NCBI GenBank assembly: GCA_021827685.1
Contig: JAKAUM010000012.1
Location: 1-60,788, forward strand
Direction of reading: 5' to 3'
Length of the DNA stretch: 60,788 nucleotides
Source of the DNA: a bacterium
Lineage (GTDB): Bacteria; Patescibacteriota; Minisyncoccia; UBA6257; 2-01-FULL-56-20
Position numbers and translations under genes: made by a program
Shown: positions 14,666 to 23,568 of the stretch, one piece after another
Layout: every line of letters begins with the position of its first letter
Position numbering within the stretch: the stretch's first letter is position 1
Notes under the pieces: model-generated
The model's database searches: none
The model's input: the letters and a program-made list of their open reading frames with translations, nothing else
What the model was told of the DNA's origin: nothing

Positions 14666-15211
14666 CTAGCGCTTCGCCCACTGCGGCGCGCGGCGCGCTT
14701 TTTTAAGTCCGTATTTTTTGCGCTCCACCATCCGGGAATCGCGGGTGAGGTAGCCCGTCGCCCGGAGGCGCGGCTTCCAATCCGGCGTATGCCGGACGAT
14801 CGCGCGGGAAATGCCGTGGCGGATGGCTCCGGCCTGGGCCGAAATGCCGCCGCCGCGGACAGTGACGGTCACGTCAAAATCCTTCAGAAGGTTCATCTCG
14901 CGGAGAGGCGCGACTGCCGCGGCGAGGAGGCGCGGGAGGAAGAAATAATGCTTCGGCTCTTTTCCGTTCACGAGCATCTTGCCGCTGCCCGCAAAAAGGC
15001 GGACGCGCGCGACCGCGGTCTTGCGGCGGCCGACCGCTTCCGTATAGCGGCCCTTGGGCGCGGGCGGCGCGGCGTGGGCGGCGTGGGCGGCGTGCGCAAC
15101 GTGCGGCGCGGCGTGGGCGCTCGAGGCGGCGCGGGTATCGCGCGCCTGGGCGCGGGCGCCATGCGCCGGTGCGGACTTCCCTGCTTTTTCCGTCATTTTG
15201 CGTTCGGCCAT
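14666..15211 (-). CDS. rpsI: 30S ribosomal protein S9 with a roughly 50-aa Ala/His-rich N-terminal extension
   Basis: C-terminal 130 aa: GRRKTAVARVRL...GGGISAQAGAIRHGISRAI...LTRDSRMVERKKYGLKKARRAPQWAKR. The start lies 1 nt after the rplM stop. Confidence 0.95.
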   Translation of the reverse strand: MAERKMTEKAGKSAPAHGARAQARDTRAASSAHAAPHVAHAAHAAHAAPPAPKGRYTEAVGRRKTAVARVRLFAGSGKMLVNGKEPKHYFFLPRLLAAAVAPLREMNLLKDFDVTVTVRGGGISAQAGAIRHGISRAIVRHTPDWKPRLRATGYLTRDSRMVERKKYGLKKARRAPQWAKR

Positions 15212-15212
15212 G

Positions 15213-15566
15213 TTATTCGAAAATAAGATTTTTCATCCGCTTTTGGTTCAGGAAATTTTTAGGAAGCATTTTGCGCACCGCCTGCCGGAGCACCGAGCGC
15301 GGATCCTTCTCGAGCTTCTGTTCGAGGGTCAATTCCTTGAGATGCCCCACGTAACCCGTATGGCGGTAATAGATCTTCTGGGTCAGCTTTTCACCCGTCA
15401 CCGCGATCTCGCCGCAGTTTTTTACGTACACCTTATCCCCGCCGATGCGGTGCGGCGCATAATCAGCGCGCTTTTTGCCCTGTAGAATAAGCGCAATCTC
15501 GGAAGCGAGGCGCCCCAGCGGCTTGTTCTTGGCGTCAATGTGGTAGTCCATAATCGTGGAAATCAT
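15213..15566 (-). CDS. rplM: 50S ribosomal protein L13
   Basis: Motifs: IDAKNKPLGRLASEIALILQGK, YYRHTGYVGHLKE. Confidence 0.95.
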   Translation of the reverse strand: MISTIMDYHIDAKNKPLGRLASEIALILQGKKRADYAPHRIGGDKVYVKNCGEIAVTGEKLTQKIYYRHTGYVGHLKELTLEQKLEKDPRSVLRQAVRKMLPKNFLNQKRMKNLIFE

Positions 15567-15916
15567 ACGAATTCTATCCGGGCCATCGGAGCGCCGTCGC
15601 GCTTGCGGCTCCGCGCAAGCTTTACGATCCGGAGGTAGCCGCCCGCGCGGCCGGCATAGCGCGGTCCGAGCTCGCGATAGAGTTTTTCGACGACTTTTTC
15701 GTTCTGCACGCGGCTTTGGATCACGCGGCGCGCGGCGAGCGTCTGCTTCTTCGCGAACGTAACGAGGCGTTCAACCTGCGGACGGACGGCCTTCGCCCGC
15801 GCTTCCGTCGTTTCCATTTTCCCCGTGCGGATGAGGTCGTTTGAAAGGTTGCGCAAAAAAGACCTGCGCGGCCCGCGCATTCGGTTGAACTTCTTGCCTT
15901 TTTTCAAATGCCTCAT
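15563..15916 (-). CDS. rplQ: 50S ribosomal protein L17
   Basis: MRHLKKGKKFNRMRGPRRSFLRNL...GGYLRIVKL. Confidence 0.95.
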   Translation of the reverse strand: MRHLKKGKKFNRMRGPRRSFLRNLSNDLIRTGKMETTEARAKAVRPQVERLVTFAKKQTLAARRVIQSRVQNEKVVEKLYRELGPRYAGRAGGYLRIVKLARSRKRDGAPMARIEFV

Positions 15917-15934
15917 GGATCTTAAAAAATACCG

Positions 15935-16765
15935 TTATTCGGAATCCTCCGCGCCGGCTTCCGCCGCCGCATCTTCTTCTCCGGCGGATTTCTTCGCGCG
16001 CGCTCCGCGCTTCTTCGCGCCCGGCGCTCCGGAGGCCTTCCCCGCCGATTTCTCCGCATCGAACTCGCGGATTTCCACCGCGCCGACTTTCTCGAAATGG
16101 TCCTTCAGGATGTTCGCGGCCTTGTGGAGCGCCGAAGACGGGCTCGTCGTGCCGTCGGTTTCGACTTCGATCCGCAAGCGGTTGTAGTCGGTCCGGTCGC
16201 CCACGCGCATATCCTCCACCGTGAAGTTCACGCGGAGTACCGGCGTAAAAATCGCATCCACCGCAATCGCGCCGATGGGAAGCCGCCCCTCGGCTTTGCG
16301 CGACTCCACGGGCGAATACCCGAGTCCGCGTTCAACCTTGATTTCAATGTCGAGCTCCGCGTCCTTCGCGGTCAGCGTCGCGAGCTCCTCTCCCGGATTC
16401 ATGAGCTCCACCTGGGAGTTAAGTTCGATATCGTCCGCCGTCACCGTCTTCTCCCCCTTCGCCTTCAGCGCGAGCACCTGCGGCTCGTCGGCGTGCAGGC
16501 GGAAACGCAGTTTTTTGAAATTGAGCATGAGCTCTACGACGTCCTCCTTCATTCCCGGGAGGGTGGAAAACTCGTGGGGAACGTTCTTCACTTTTATTTC
16601 CGTCACCGCGGCGCCGGGGAGGGATGAAAGGAGCGCGCGGCGCAGGGCGTTCCCGACCGTAAGGCCGTATCCCGCAAAAAGCCCTTCCACCTCGAACACG
16701 CCGCGTTTCGCGTCTTCGGAAACGGTCTTTATGGAAACGGATGAACTCAAGTATGCGTATTCCAT
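15935..16765 (-). CDS. rpoA: DNA-directed RNA polymerase alpha subunit, N-terminal domain only (no recognisable alpha-CTD)
   Basis: Alpha-NTD motifs: GNALRRALLSSLPGAAVT, PIGAIAVDAIFTPVLRVNFTVEDMRVGDRTDYNRL. After about residue 230 there is only a 45-aa charged low-complexity tail. Confidence 0.9.
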   Translation of the reverse strand: MEYAYLSSSVSIKTVSEDAKRGVFEVEGLFAGYGLTVGNALRRALLSSLPGAAVTEIKVKNVPHEFSTLPGMKEDVVELMLNFKKLRFRLHADEPQVLALKAKGEKTVTADDIELNSQVELMNPGEELATLTAKDAELDIEIKVERGLGYSPVESRKAEGRLPIGAIAVDAIFTPVLRVNFTVEDMRVGDRTDYNRLRIEVETDGTTSPSSALHKAANILKDHFEKVGAVEIREFDAEKSAGKASGAPGAKKRGARAKKSAGEEDAAAEAGAEDSE

Positions 16766-16784
16766 GTGTGTGTCGTGTGTTGCG

Positions 16785-17408
16785 TTATTTTGAGAAAGAT
16801 TCGATGAGGAGTTTCACGTCGAAGGGGATTTCCGGAAGCGAGGGGGGCGAAAGCACGATGCCCTCCAGCTTGTCCGGCGCGAGCGCGAGCCATGGCGGCG
16901 CGTCATATTTCTTTAAAAGCTCCCTGCGCTTCGCAATCGCCTGCTTCCCTTCGGATCCTTCGCGGACGGAAACCGTGTCGCCCTTCTTCAGGAGATATCC
17001 GGGCGAGGACGTTTTCCTCTTATTCACGGAAATATGGCCGTGGCGCACGAGCTGGCGCGCGGCAAGGCGCGTCGGGGCGAAACCAAGGCGGTATACCGCG
17101 TTGTCGAGGCGGCTTTCGAGGAGCTGAAGGAGCTTTTCGCTCGAGGCGCCCTTCGACGCGACTGCCGCGAGATAAAGGCGCTTCATCCCCCGTTCGCCGA
17201 CGCCGTAGGCGAGCTTGAACTTCCGCTTTTCGCGGATCTGGAGGCCGAATTCCGAAAGCGTGCGGGGGCGGCGGCCGCGCTGGGGGCCGTGGACGCCCGG
17301 CCGGTACGGCTTCCTGAGGAACGCGGACTTCGGCGACATCGAACGATCGCCCTTCAGCCCGAGGCGCTCGCCCAATGCCCGCTCTCTTTTTTCTTTTGGA
17401 CCCATCAT
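16785..17408 (-). CDS. rpsD: 30S ribosomal protein S4
   Basis: Motifs: EFGLQIREKRKFKLAYGV, LESRLDNAVYRLGFAPTRLAARQLVRHGHISVN. Confidence 0.95.
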   Translation of the reverse strand: MMGPKEKRERALGERLGLKGDRSMSPKSAFLRKPYRPGVHGPQRGRRPRTLSEFGLQIREKRKFKLAYGVGERGMKRLYLAAVASKGASSEKLLQLLESRLDNAVYRLGFAPTRLAARQLVRHGHISVNKRKTSSPGYLLKKGDTVSVREGSEGKQAIAKRRELLKKYDAPPWLALAPDKLEGIVLSPPSLPEIPFDVKLLIESFSK

Positions 17409-17417
17409 GTGTTTTTT

Positions 17418-17873
17418 TTATACGCGCCTTACTTTAGGCGGCCGGGGGCCGTTGTGGGGAATCGGCGTCGCATCTTTTATGGAAAGCACGTTAAAACCGA
17501 AGTTGATGAGCGAGCGGATTGCGGAATCGCGCCCGGAGCCGATGCCCTTCACTATAATATGGAGATCCTGCGGCCCGTTGCCCTTCAGTTTTTCGGCCAC
17601 TGCGGCAACCACCTTTTGGGACGCGAACGGCGTCGCCTTCTTCGGCCCGGAGAAACCGAGCGAACCCGCGGACGCCCACGCGAGCACGTTGCCCGCGCCG
17701 TCCGTCACGGTGACGACGGTGTTGTTATAAGAAGCGTTGACGTACGCCCGGCCGAGCTCGATCCTCTTCGCGCGCTTCCCCGCCGCCGGCGCCGCGGACG
17801 CCTTCGCGGGCGCGGCTCCCGCCGCTCCCTGCGCCGCATCATCCGTCTTTGTGGCTACTTTCTTCTTTCCCAT
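17418..17873 (-). CDS. rpsK: 30S ribosomal protein S11
   Basis: Motifs: YVNASYNNTVVTVTD, GFSGPKKATPFASQ, IKDATPIPHNGPRPPKVRRV. Confidence 0.95.
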   Translation of the reverse strand: MGKKKVATKTDDAAQGAAGAAPAKASAAPAAGKRAKRIELGRAYVNASYNNTVVTVTDGAGNVLAWASAGSLGFSGPKKATPFASQKVVAAVAEKLKGNGPQDLHIIVKGIGSGRDSAIRSLINFGFNVLSIKDATPIPHNGPRPPKVRRV

Positions 17874-17880
17874 AAGCGCG

Positions 17881-18264
17881 TTATTTCAGTTCGACTTTCC
17901 GTTTGCCGCTGCCGGCGGTTTTCCTCACGTTGCCGCGGACCGTGCGCGAGTTCGTGCGCGTCCGCTGGCCGCGCGCGGGAAGCCGTCGGAGATGGCGCAG
18001 GCCGCGATAGGCCTGGAGATCCTTCAGCCGGTTGATGTTCGCCTTGATCCGCTGCCGCAATTCTCCTTCCACCGGAAAATTTTTCTCGATGAATCCCTGG
18101 ATGCGCAGTACCTCGTCCGAGGTGAGCTCCTTCGCGAGTTTCGCCGCATCCACCTTCGCGGCATGGAGCGCCTTGCGGCTCAAAGACCGGCCCACGCCGT
18201 AGAGGTACGTGAGCGAAATCTCCGCTTTCTTATTGTCAGGTATATTGACTCCCAGTACGCGCAT
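17881..18264 (-). CDS. rpsM: 30S ribosomal protein S13
   Basis: MRVLGVNIPDNKKAEISLTYLYGVG...YRGLRHLRRLPARGQRTRTN. Confidence 0.95.
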   Translation of the reverse strand: MRVLGVNIPDNKKAEISLTYLYGVGRSLSRKALHAAKVDAAKLAKELTSDEVLRIQGFIEKNFPVEGELRQRIKANINRLKDLQAYRGLRHLRRLPARGQRTRTNSRTVRGNVRKTAGSGKRKVELK

Positions 18265-18270
18265 ATGGAA

Positions 18271-18384
18271 TTATCCTTGCCGCTGTTTATGCTTCGGGCT
18301 TTTACAGAGGACGTAAATCTTGCCCCGGCGCTTCACGACCTGGCACTTCGCGCAAATTTTCTTGACCGAGCTTCGCACTTTCAT
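18271..18384 (-). CDS. rpmJ: 50S ribosomal protein L36
   Basis: Not in the ORF track (37 aa). Hand translation: [37 protein letters not shown]. Confidence 0.9.
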   Translation of the reverse strand: MKVRSSVKKICAKCQVVKRRGKIYVLCKSPKHKQRQG

Positions 18385-18426
18385 ATTGAGTATGCCGCTT
18401 TCCCGGCTGCCGCCCTGCGGCGGTTT

Positions 18427-18639
18427 TTATAACCTGCGCACGATCCGTCCGCGCGTGCCGTCGGGGGAAAGTTCCACGGTCACCCGGTCGCCGGGCACGA
18501 TGCGGATATGATGAAGTTTCATCTTGCCCGCAAGATGGGCGAGAAGAGTCCCGCCTGAATCCTTGTTTTCCTCGAGACGCACGCGGAACAGCAAGCCGGG
18601 CAAGGCCTCGATTACTACCGCTTCCTTGCCGGTATTCAT
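18427..18639 (-). CDS. infA: translation initiation factor IF-1
   Basis: S1-like domain: [14 protein letters not shown]...[37 protein letters not shown] place the start at the ATG at 18639 (about 70 aa); the track extends to 18687. Confidence 0.9.
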   Translation of the reverse strand: MNTGKEAVVIEALPGLLFRVRLEENKDSGGTLLAHLAGKMKLHHIRIVPGDRVTVELSPDGTRGRIVRRL

Positions 18640-18691
18640 GATCTGCGCAACGGGATGATTATAGACGGAACGGGCATCTGGTGTCAAACGG

Positions 18692-20389
18692 CTAGTCCGC
18701 CGTCACCTCTATCTTCGCGGGATTTGAAGGCATGCGCCACAGCCAGACGGGCCAGACGGAAATCTCTCCGTTCGCAAGGCGCGGGATGGCTCCGACGGCC
18801 GTGCGGGCGGCGCCCAGGCTTTCGCCCGCGATCGACGCCCCGAAAACATCCGTCGAGAAGGAGGGTTCCAAGCTGCCGGATGCGGATACCGTGAAATCCA
18901 GTATCCCTTTCGCAAAGTCCGGCCTCACGTTGGAATAGGTGAGCGCGAGCGACGCCCACGTCGAGCTTGCTTCGGTGGACTGCGCGAGGGACAAGAGAGC
19001 CGCCCTGAGCATCGACTCGTTGAAGCCGATTGCTTCGAGGTTCGCCTCGCCGAACACGCTGAATTGCCCGTTCGAGTCGGTGGTGGTATTGACCATAAGC
19101 CGGGTTATCGTCGCCTGCGTCGCGCCATCGAGGATTTTAAAGTCGTTCGGATAGCTCGATGCGATGTCCGCCGCGAGCGCCGCCTGGAGGAGCGACGTCA
19201 TTTTTGTTTTTGCCGCCGTGATGTCAGCCGCAGTCGGCACCGGACTCATGCCCGACGCCCCGCCGGAAGCGCCGCTGAGAAGCGCTCCGTAGAACCCGTC
19301 GTATTGCGGCATGCCCTTGAAGCCCGGGATCGTAAGTTTGGCTACGGGGCTCGAATTGTAAGCGGGGCCCGGCTGGTCGGCCGCGACGACCGCCTGAATG
19401 GATGAGGGCGAGAGCTTTCCGCCCGAAACCGAGGCGCCCGGCACGATCACATTGCGCACGAGCCGGTAGAGTTTTCCGTCGGGCGTAAGGAACCTCGTCC
19501 TCGCGACGAGTTCCTGCGGCCGTGCGCTGTAATCGTTGTAAATCGTAATGGTCCCGCTGGCTTTTATGGATACGTCCGCGCTGCCCGAAGCGGGAAAAAG
19601 TTCCGTCATGTTCTTCTGCGCCGAGAAAACCTGCGCCGGAATCACGCCGTTCACCGCGTCCGCGACGCCCGCGGATTTGTCCGCGACGAAATTGCCCGCG
19701 TAGTTCCATGGCGTCTTCTGGAATGTGATCGTTACGGATGCGCGGCCGAAGGCGAATGTCGCAATCCCGAGCGCAACGAGCGCGGCGGCCGCAAGGGCGG
19801 CGGCCCACCACAACGCCTTGCGGCCGCCGCGGCGCCGGCGCTTCCCCGTCCGCTCCTCCCCTTCGCCGCCATCCGCATCATCGTCGCCGGATTCTGATTC
19901 TCCGCGCGCGGCGAAGAAGCGCTCTTCGTTCTCTTCGAATGCGCTCTCTTCCGCCTCAAGCGGATCCTCCGTTTCCCCACCTTCTTCCTCCGCGCGTACC
20001 GCGAGCTTCCGCGCGGGCGCTTTCGCCTTTTTCGCGCCGGCAGGGCGCCGCCTCGCGTATTCTTCCGGCGGAGCCGCTTCATCGAGATCCCGGCCGGACG
20101 GAATAATGTCCGATACGCCGCCTCCGCCGCGGACGCCGCGCCACAGCGGATGATTCGCATCAAGGCCGCTGCCTTTCGCAAACGCGAGAATATGCTCGTC
20201 CACGGATTCCACCGCGACGGATTTCTCCGCGGCATCCGCTTCCCGCTTCAAAAGATGGAAATTAGCGGCCGATCTGCCAAGCACCGATCCTTTCGGGATG
20301 ACGAGCGCGATATCCGCGTCCTCCTCGGCCAGTACGCGCTCGATCGCTTCCGCAATCCCCTCCTCTTTATCTAAAATGATTTTTTTCAC
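18692..20389 (-). CDS. hypothetical single-pass membrane protein (acidic/low-complexity linker plus a large extracytoplasmic domain)
   Basis: 565 aa with a GTG start. One TM segment: [23 protein letters not shown]. No recognised family. Confidence 0.6.
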   Translation of the reverse strand: MKKIILDKEEGIAEAIERVLAEEDADIALVIPKGSVLGRSAANFHLLKREADAAEKSVAVESVDEHILAFAKGSGLDANHPLWRGVRGGGGVSDIIPSGRDLDEAAPPEEYARRRPAGAKKAKAPARKLAVRAEEEGGETEDPLEAEESAFEENEERFFAARGESESGDDDADGGEGEERTGKRRRRGGRKALWWAAALAAAALVALGIATFAFGRASVTITFQKTPWNYAGNFVADKSAGVADAVNGVIPAQVFSAQKNMTELFPASGSADVSIKASGTITIYNDYSARPQELVARTRFLTPDGKLYRLVRNVIVPGASVSGGKLSPSSIQAVVAADQPGPAYNSSPVAKLTIPGFKGMPQYDGFYGALLSGASGGASGMSPVPTAADITAAKTKMTSLLQAALAADIASSYPNDFKILDGATQATITRLMVNTTTDSNGQFSVFGEANLEAIGFNESMLRAALLSLAQSTEASSTWASLALTYSNVRPDFAKGILDFTVSASGSLEPSFSTDVFGASIAGESLGAARTAVGAIPRLANGEISVWPVWLWRMPSNPAKIEVTAD

Positions 20390-20439
20390 CTTGTTTCAAA
20401 GTATAGCATATCGCGCCGCAACCGCCGCAGCAGGCCCGC

Positions 20440-21639
20440 TTATCCCGCGAGCCAGTGAAACCGATGACGCAATCTTCGATTGATCGGGGAGTCGCTCCGA
20501 TCGAAATAAGCCTCTATAAAAGAGAGAAGCGGCCGGAATGCGGCCTGACGACGCCGTTCGTCATTCATAATTTTCCGGTATGCGCCGCCGCGAGAGAGCG
20601 AGAAGCCGAGTTCCGCGAGAAGCCCGCCGACCGGAGGCTCTTCGACCGATATCCCCGCAATTTGGATCCCGGCCGGGGGATGCGGCACGTCGAGATATAT
20701 CGTTCCCTTCACTTTCTTCCGGCCGAGTTCCTCTTCGAACGCCGCGCGCGGCGGCTCGGTGATTTTTGCGAACGCGCGCGCGGCGGCCGGCGACATTTCG
20801 CCGCGGCGATAGAGGCGGTAGAGGTCGCCGGCGGTCGGCGCATCCACCGAAAATGCCGCGGCCACCGCCCGGACAAAATCCGCAGGCGACCATTTAAGCT
20901 TCTCTCGGTACAGCACGTCGTAATCCCCTTCGGGCCGCATAAGAAGATAGAGCGCCGCGCCGTCTCCCGGGGACGCGCCGTCCGGGGCGCCCTTGCCGTC
21001 TCCGGGAGAGACGAGGCCGACGGGCGGTTTCTTCACCCGCGAAAGCGCGCGGAGGCGCGCCTGGGGAGCCTCGGCGAAATAGAAAATCTCCGGCGAAGCG
21101 AAAAGAGGGGCGAGCGCCTCGAACACGCGCCGCGCGGCGAAGGTAAGCTCGAGGATAAGCGAAATTTCCTTTCCTGCGGAACCCACGGGGCTGCGGAGCG
21201 GCGCGCCGTCCATCTTGAACCGCGCGGCGGAGGCGCCGACGAGCACGGTGTCGAGTTCGCCCGCGCCGAGGCGCTTCGCCGCCTCGGCGCGGCAGTTGTT
21301 AAAAATTTTTGCGAACGCCCGGGCGATCAGGTTTTCGAATTCGTCCAGCGTGATCTTCGTCCCCGCATTCGCCTGTTCGCGCGGAAGCCGGAGAGGGATG
21401 GGAATCGTCGTGGCAAGCGACGGATGCGCCGCCGCGATCACGCGCCGGCGCGCGCCCGGCAGCGGCGCGCTTCCTCCGAGGGCATGCGCAAACCGCCGCG
21501 CGGGAGATTTAAGAAACTTGGCGAGCGCCGCGCCCTCCACGAACTTCTCCAGGATGATGCTCCGATCTTCGTCGACGGAAAAGAAAAGGCCGTCCGTCCC
21601 GTCCGGCCCGATTTCAAGCGCGAGAAACTTTTCCTTCAC
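20440..21639 (-). CDS. hypothetical protein, possibly a divergent FtsA/PilM-like actin-fold protein
   Basis: 399 aa with a GTG start. The N-terminal FLALEIGPDG resembles the phosphate-1 loop of actin-like ATPases. This is a weak assignment. Confidence 0.35.
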   Translation of the reverse strand: MKEKFLALEIGPDGTDGLFFSVDEDRSIILEKFVEGAALAKFLKSPARRFAHALGGSAPLPGARRRVIAAAHPSLATTIPIPLRLPREQANAGTKITLDEFENLIARAFAKIFNNCRAEAAKRLGAGELDTVLVGASAARFKMDGAPLRSPVGSAGKEISLILELTFAARRVFEALAPLFASPEIFYFAEAPQARLRALSRVKKPPVGLVSPGDGKGAPDGASPGDGAALYLLMRPEGDYDVLYREKLKWSPADFVRAVAAAFSVDAPTAGDLYRLYRRGEMSPAAARAFAKITEPPRAAFEEELGRKKVKGTIYLDVPHPPAGIQIAGISVEEPPVGGLLAELGFSLSRGGAYRKIMNDERRRQAAFRPLLSFIEAYFDRSDSPINRRLRHRFHWLAG

Positions 21640-21643
21640 GCTT

Positions 21644-23563
21644 CTATTCTATCACTCCGCGGATGCGGCGGATGCCGGCGCCCACCGCCTCTTCCTTTAT
21701 AATCCTGAACCGGCCGATTTCGCCCGTGCGCGAGACATGCGGCCCGCCGCAAAACTCTATGGAAAAAGCCTCGGCGAACCGCGGATCGGCGGGGGTCGCC
21801 CCCTTCGGCCCTATGGAATACACCGAAACGCGCTCCGGATATTTCTGGCCGAACTCGCGCTCGGCGCCGAGCCCTTCCGCTTCTCCGCGCGGCATTTCGC
21901 TCCTTATGACCGGCAAATCCTCCGCGATTTTTTCGTTCACGATCCGCTCGGCTTCGCGCTGTTCTTTTTCCGTCATTTTCCCTTCGTATGAAAAATCCAT
22001 GCGGAGGCGCTCCTGCGTGATGTTGCTGCCGCGCTGTTTTACCTGCGGGCCGAGCACGGCCTGAAGCGCCTTAAGAAGGAGATGATGGGCGGTATGCAGC
22101 CGCGTCGTCTTCTGCGAAGCATCGGCGAGGCCGCCTTTGAACATGCCGGCGGACGCCGTGCGGGAAAGCTCTTGATGCTTCCTCGCCTCTTCCTCGAATT
22201 TCCGTACGTCGACGGAGCGCGCGCGCTTCGCGAGCTCTTCCTGGATGAGTTCGAGCGGAAACCCGTACGTTTGATAGACGAAGAACGCGCGCGCCGGATC
22301 CACTTCCCGCGGGCCGCCCGCTTCCGCGGAGCCGATCATTTTCTCGAGCTCCTTCAGCCCTTCCCGCAAGGTCTTCCGAAATTTCTTTTCCTCTTCCGCA
22401 AGCGAAGCAAGGATGCGTCCGGCATGTTCCTCGAGGAGATAGCCGAGCGGAGGAGCTTCCTTATACTCCCCGATGAACGCGCGCGCGACCGCCGAGAGCT
22501 CCCCGTCCCGCGCCATGCCCAAGGCGTCGCCGAAGCGCACGGCGCGGCGGATGAGGCGGCGGAGGACGTACCCCCTCCCCTTGTTCGCGGGCGCGACTCC
22601 GTCCGCGGCGAGGAACACCGCGGCGCGGACATGGTCCATCACCACCCGGAACGCCCTTTCGTTCCCTTCGTAGGATTTTCCGGAGGCGTGCTCGAGCGCC
22701 GCGCGCGCGCCGCGGAACGCGCTTATCCGAAAAATGTCCGGCTCGTTTTCGGAAGCCGCGGCAATCCGCTCCAGCCCCCCGCCGAAATCCACGTTTCTCC
22801 TCGGCAAGTCCGAAAACCCTTTTCCCTCTTTCCGGAACGCCATGAATACGGAGTTGCCGATTTCGAGAAAACGCCCGCAGTCGCAGTTCGGATGGCAGTG
22901 CGCCCCGAATTTCGTGTCGTGGGGCGTTCCAAAATCGTAGAAAATCTCCGAATCCGGCCCGCCCGGCTCCCCTGCCGGCATTCGGGACGGCGTCCCGGAA
23001 CGACTCCACCAGTTTTTCGCGGCGCCATAGCCGAAGATGCGTTCATCCGCGCGCATGCCCCGCGCCGACCCTTCTTCCTCGGCGCCCATTTCGGCGTATT
23101 CCGCGGGAATCCCGCTTGCGGAGAAAATCTTCCGCCATGCCGCGACGGATTCATCGTCCCGCGCGATGCCGTCGCCTCCCGAAAAAATCGTAACGTAAAG
23201 CCGCCGGGGATCGATCTCCGGCCCGCGCCCTTTCGCGGTAAGAAATTCGAATATCCACGCAAGCTGGTCTTCCTTCCAGTAGTCACCGAAGGACCAGTTC
23301 CCCAGCATCTCGAAAAAAGTCGTATGCCGGTTGTCCCCCACGTCATCCACGTCTTCGAGGCGGAAGCTCTTCTGGGCGTCCGCCACGCGCGCTCCCTCCG
23401 GATGCGTTTCCCCGAGGAGATACGGGACGAGCGGCTGCATGCCCGATCCGACGAAAAGCGTCGTCGGGTCGTTCTCTGGCACGAGCGAAGCGGAAGGCAC
23501 GATCGCGTGCCCCCGCGCTTTGTAGAATTGGAGGAATTTGCTCCGGATGTCGGCCAGGTTCAT
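21644..23563 (-). CDS. alaS: alanyl-tRNA synthetase, short form (no C-Ala domain)
   Basis: Motifs: FLQFYKARGHAIVPSASLVPENDPTTLFVGSGMQP, HTTFFEMLGNWSFGDYWK, editing-domain HTAHHLL and CGGPHV. 639 aa. Confidence 0.9.
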   Translation of the reverse strand: MNLADIRSKFLQFYKARGHAIVPSASLVPENDPTTLFVGSGMQPLVPYLLGETHPEGARVADAQKSFRLEDVDDVGDNRHTTFFEMLGNWSFGDYWKEDQLAWIFEFLTAKGRGPEIDPRRLYVTIFSGGDGIARDDESVAAWRKIFSASGIPAEYAEMGAEEEGSARGMRADERIFGYGAAKNWWSRSGTPSRMPAGEPGGPDSEIFYDFGTPHDTKFGAHCHPNCDCGRFLEIGNSVFMAFRKEGKGFSDLPRRNVDFGGGLERIAAASENEPDIFRISAFRGARAALEHASGKSYEGNERAFRVVMDHVRAAVFLAADGVAPANKGRGYVLRRLIRRAVRFGDALGMARDGELSAVARAFIGEYKEAPPLGYLLEEHAGRILASLAEEEKKFRKTLREGLKELEKMIGSAEAGGPREVDPARAFFVYQTYGFPLELIQEELAKRARSVDVRKFEEEARKHQELSRTASAGMFKGGLADASQKTTRLHTAHHLLLKALQAVLGPQVKQRGSNITQERLRMDFSYEGKMTEKEQREAERIVNEKIAEDLPVIRSEMPRGEAEGLGAEREFGQKYPERVSVYSIGPKGATPADPRFAEAFSIEFCGGPHVSRTGEIGRFRIIKEEAVGAGIRRIRGVIE

Positions 23564-23568
23564 GCGCG

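Noticed and set aside
15071-15106. Tandem 9-nt repeats considered as a possible CRISPR or minisatellite
   Set aside because: They are too short, have no spacers, and lie in frame within the rpsI 5' region, where they encode the His/Ala repeat. I saw no CRISPR array anywhere in the window.
17034-18432. 333-aa and 231-aa plus-strand ORFs over the rpsD-rpsK-rpsM region
   Set aside because: They are antisense to three unambiguous ribosomal protein genes.
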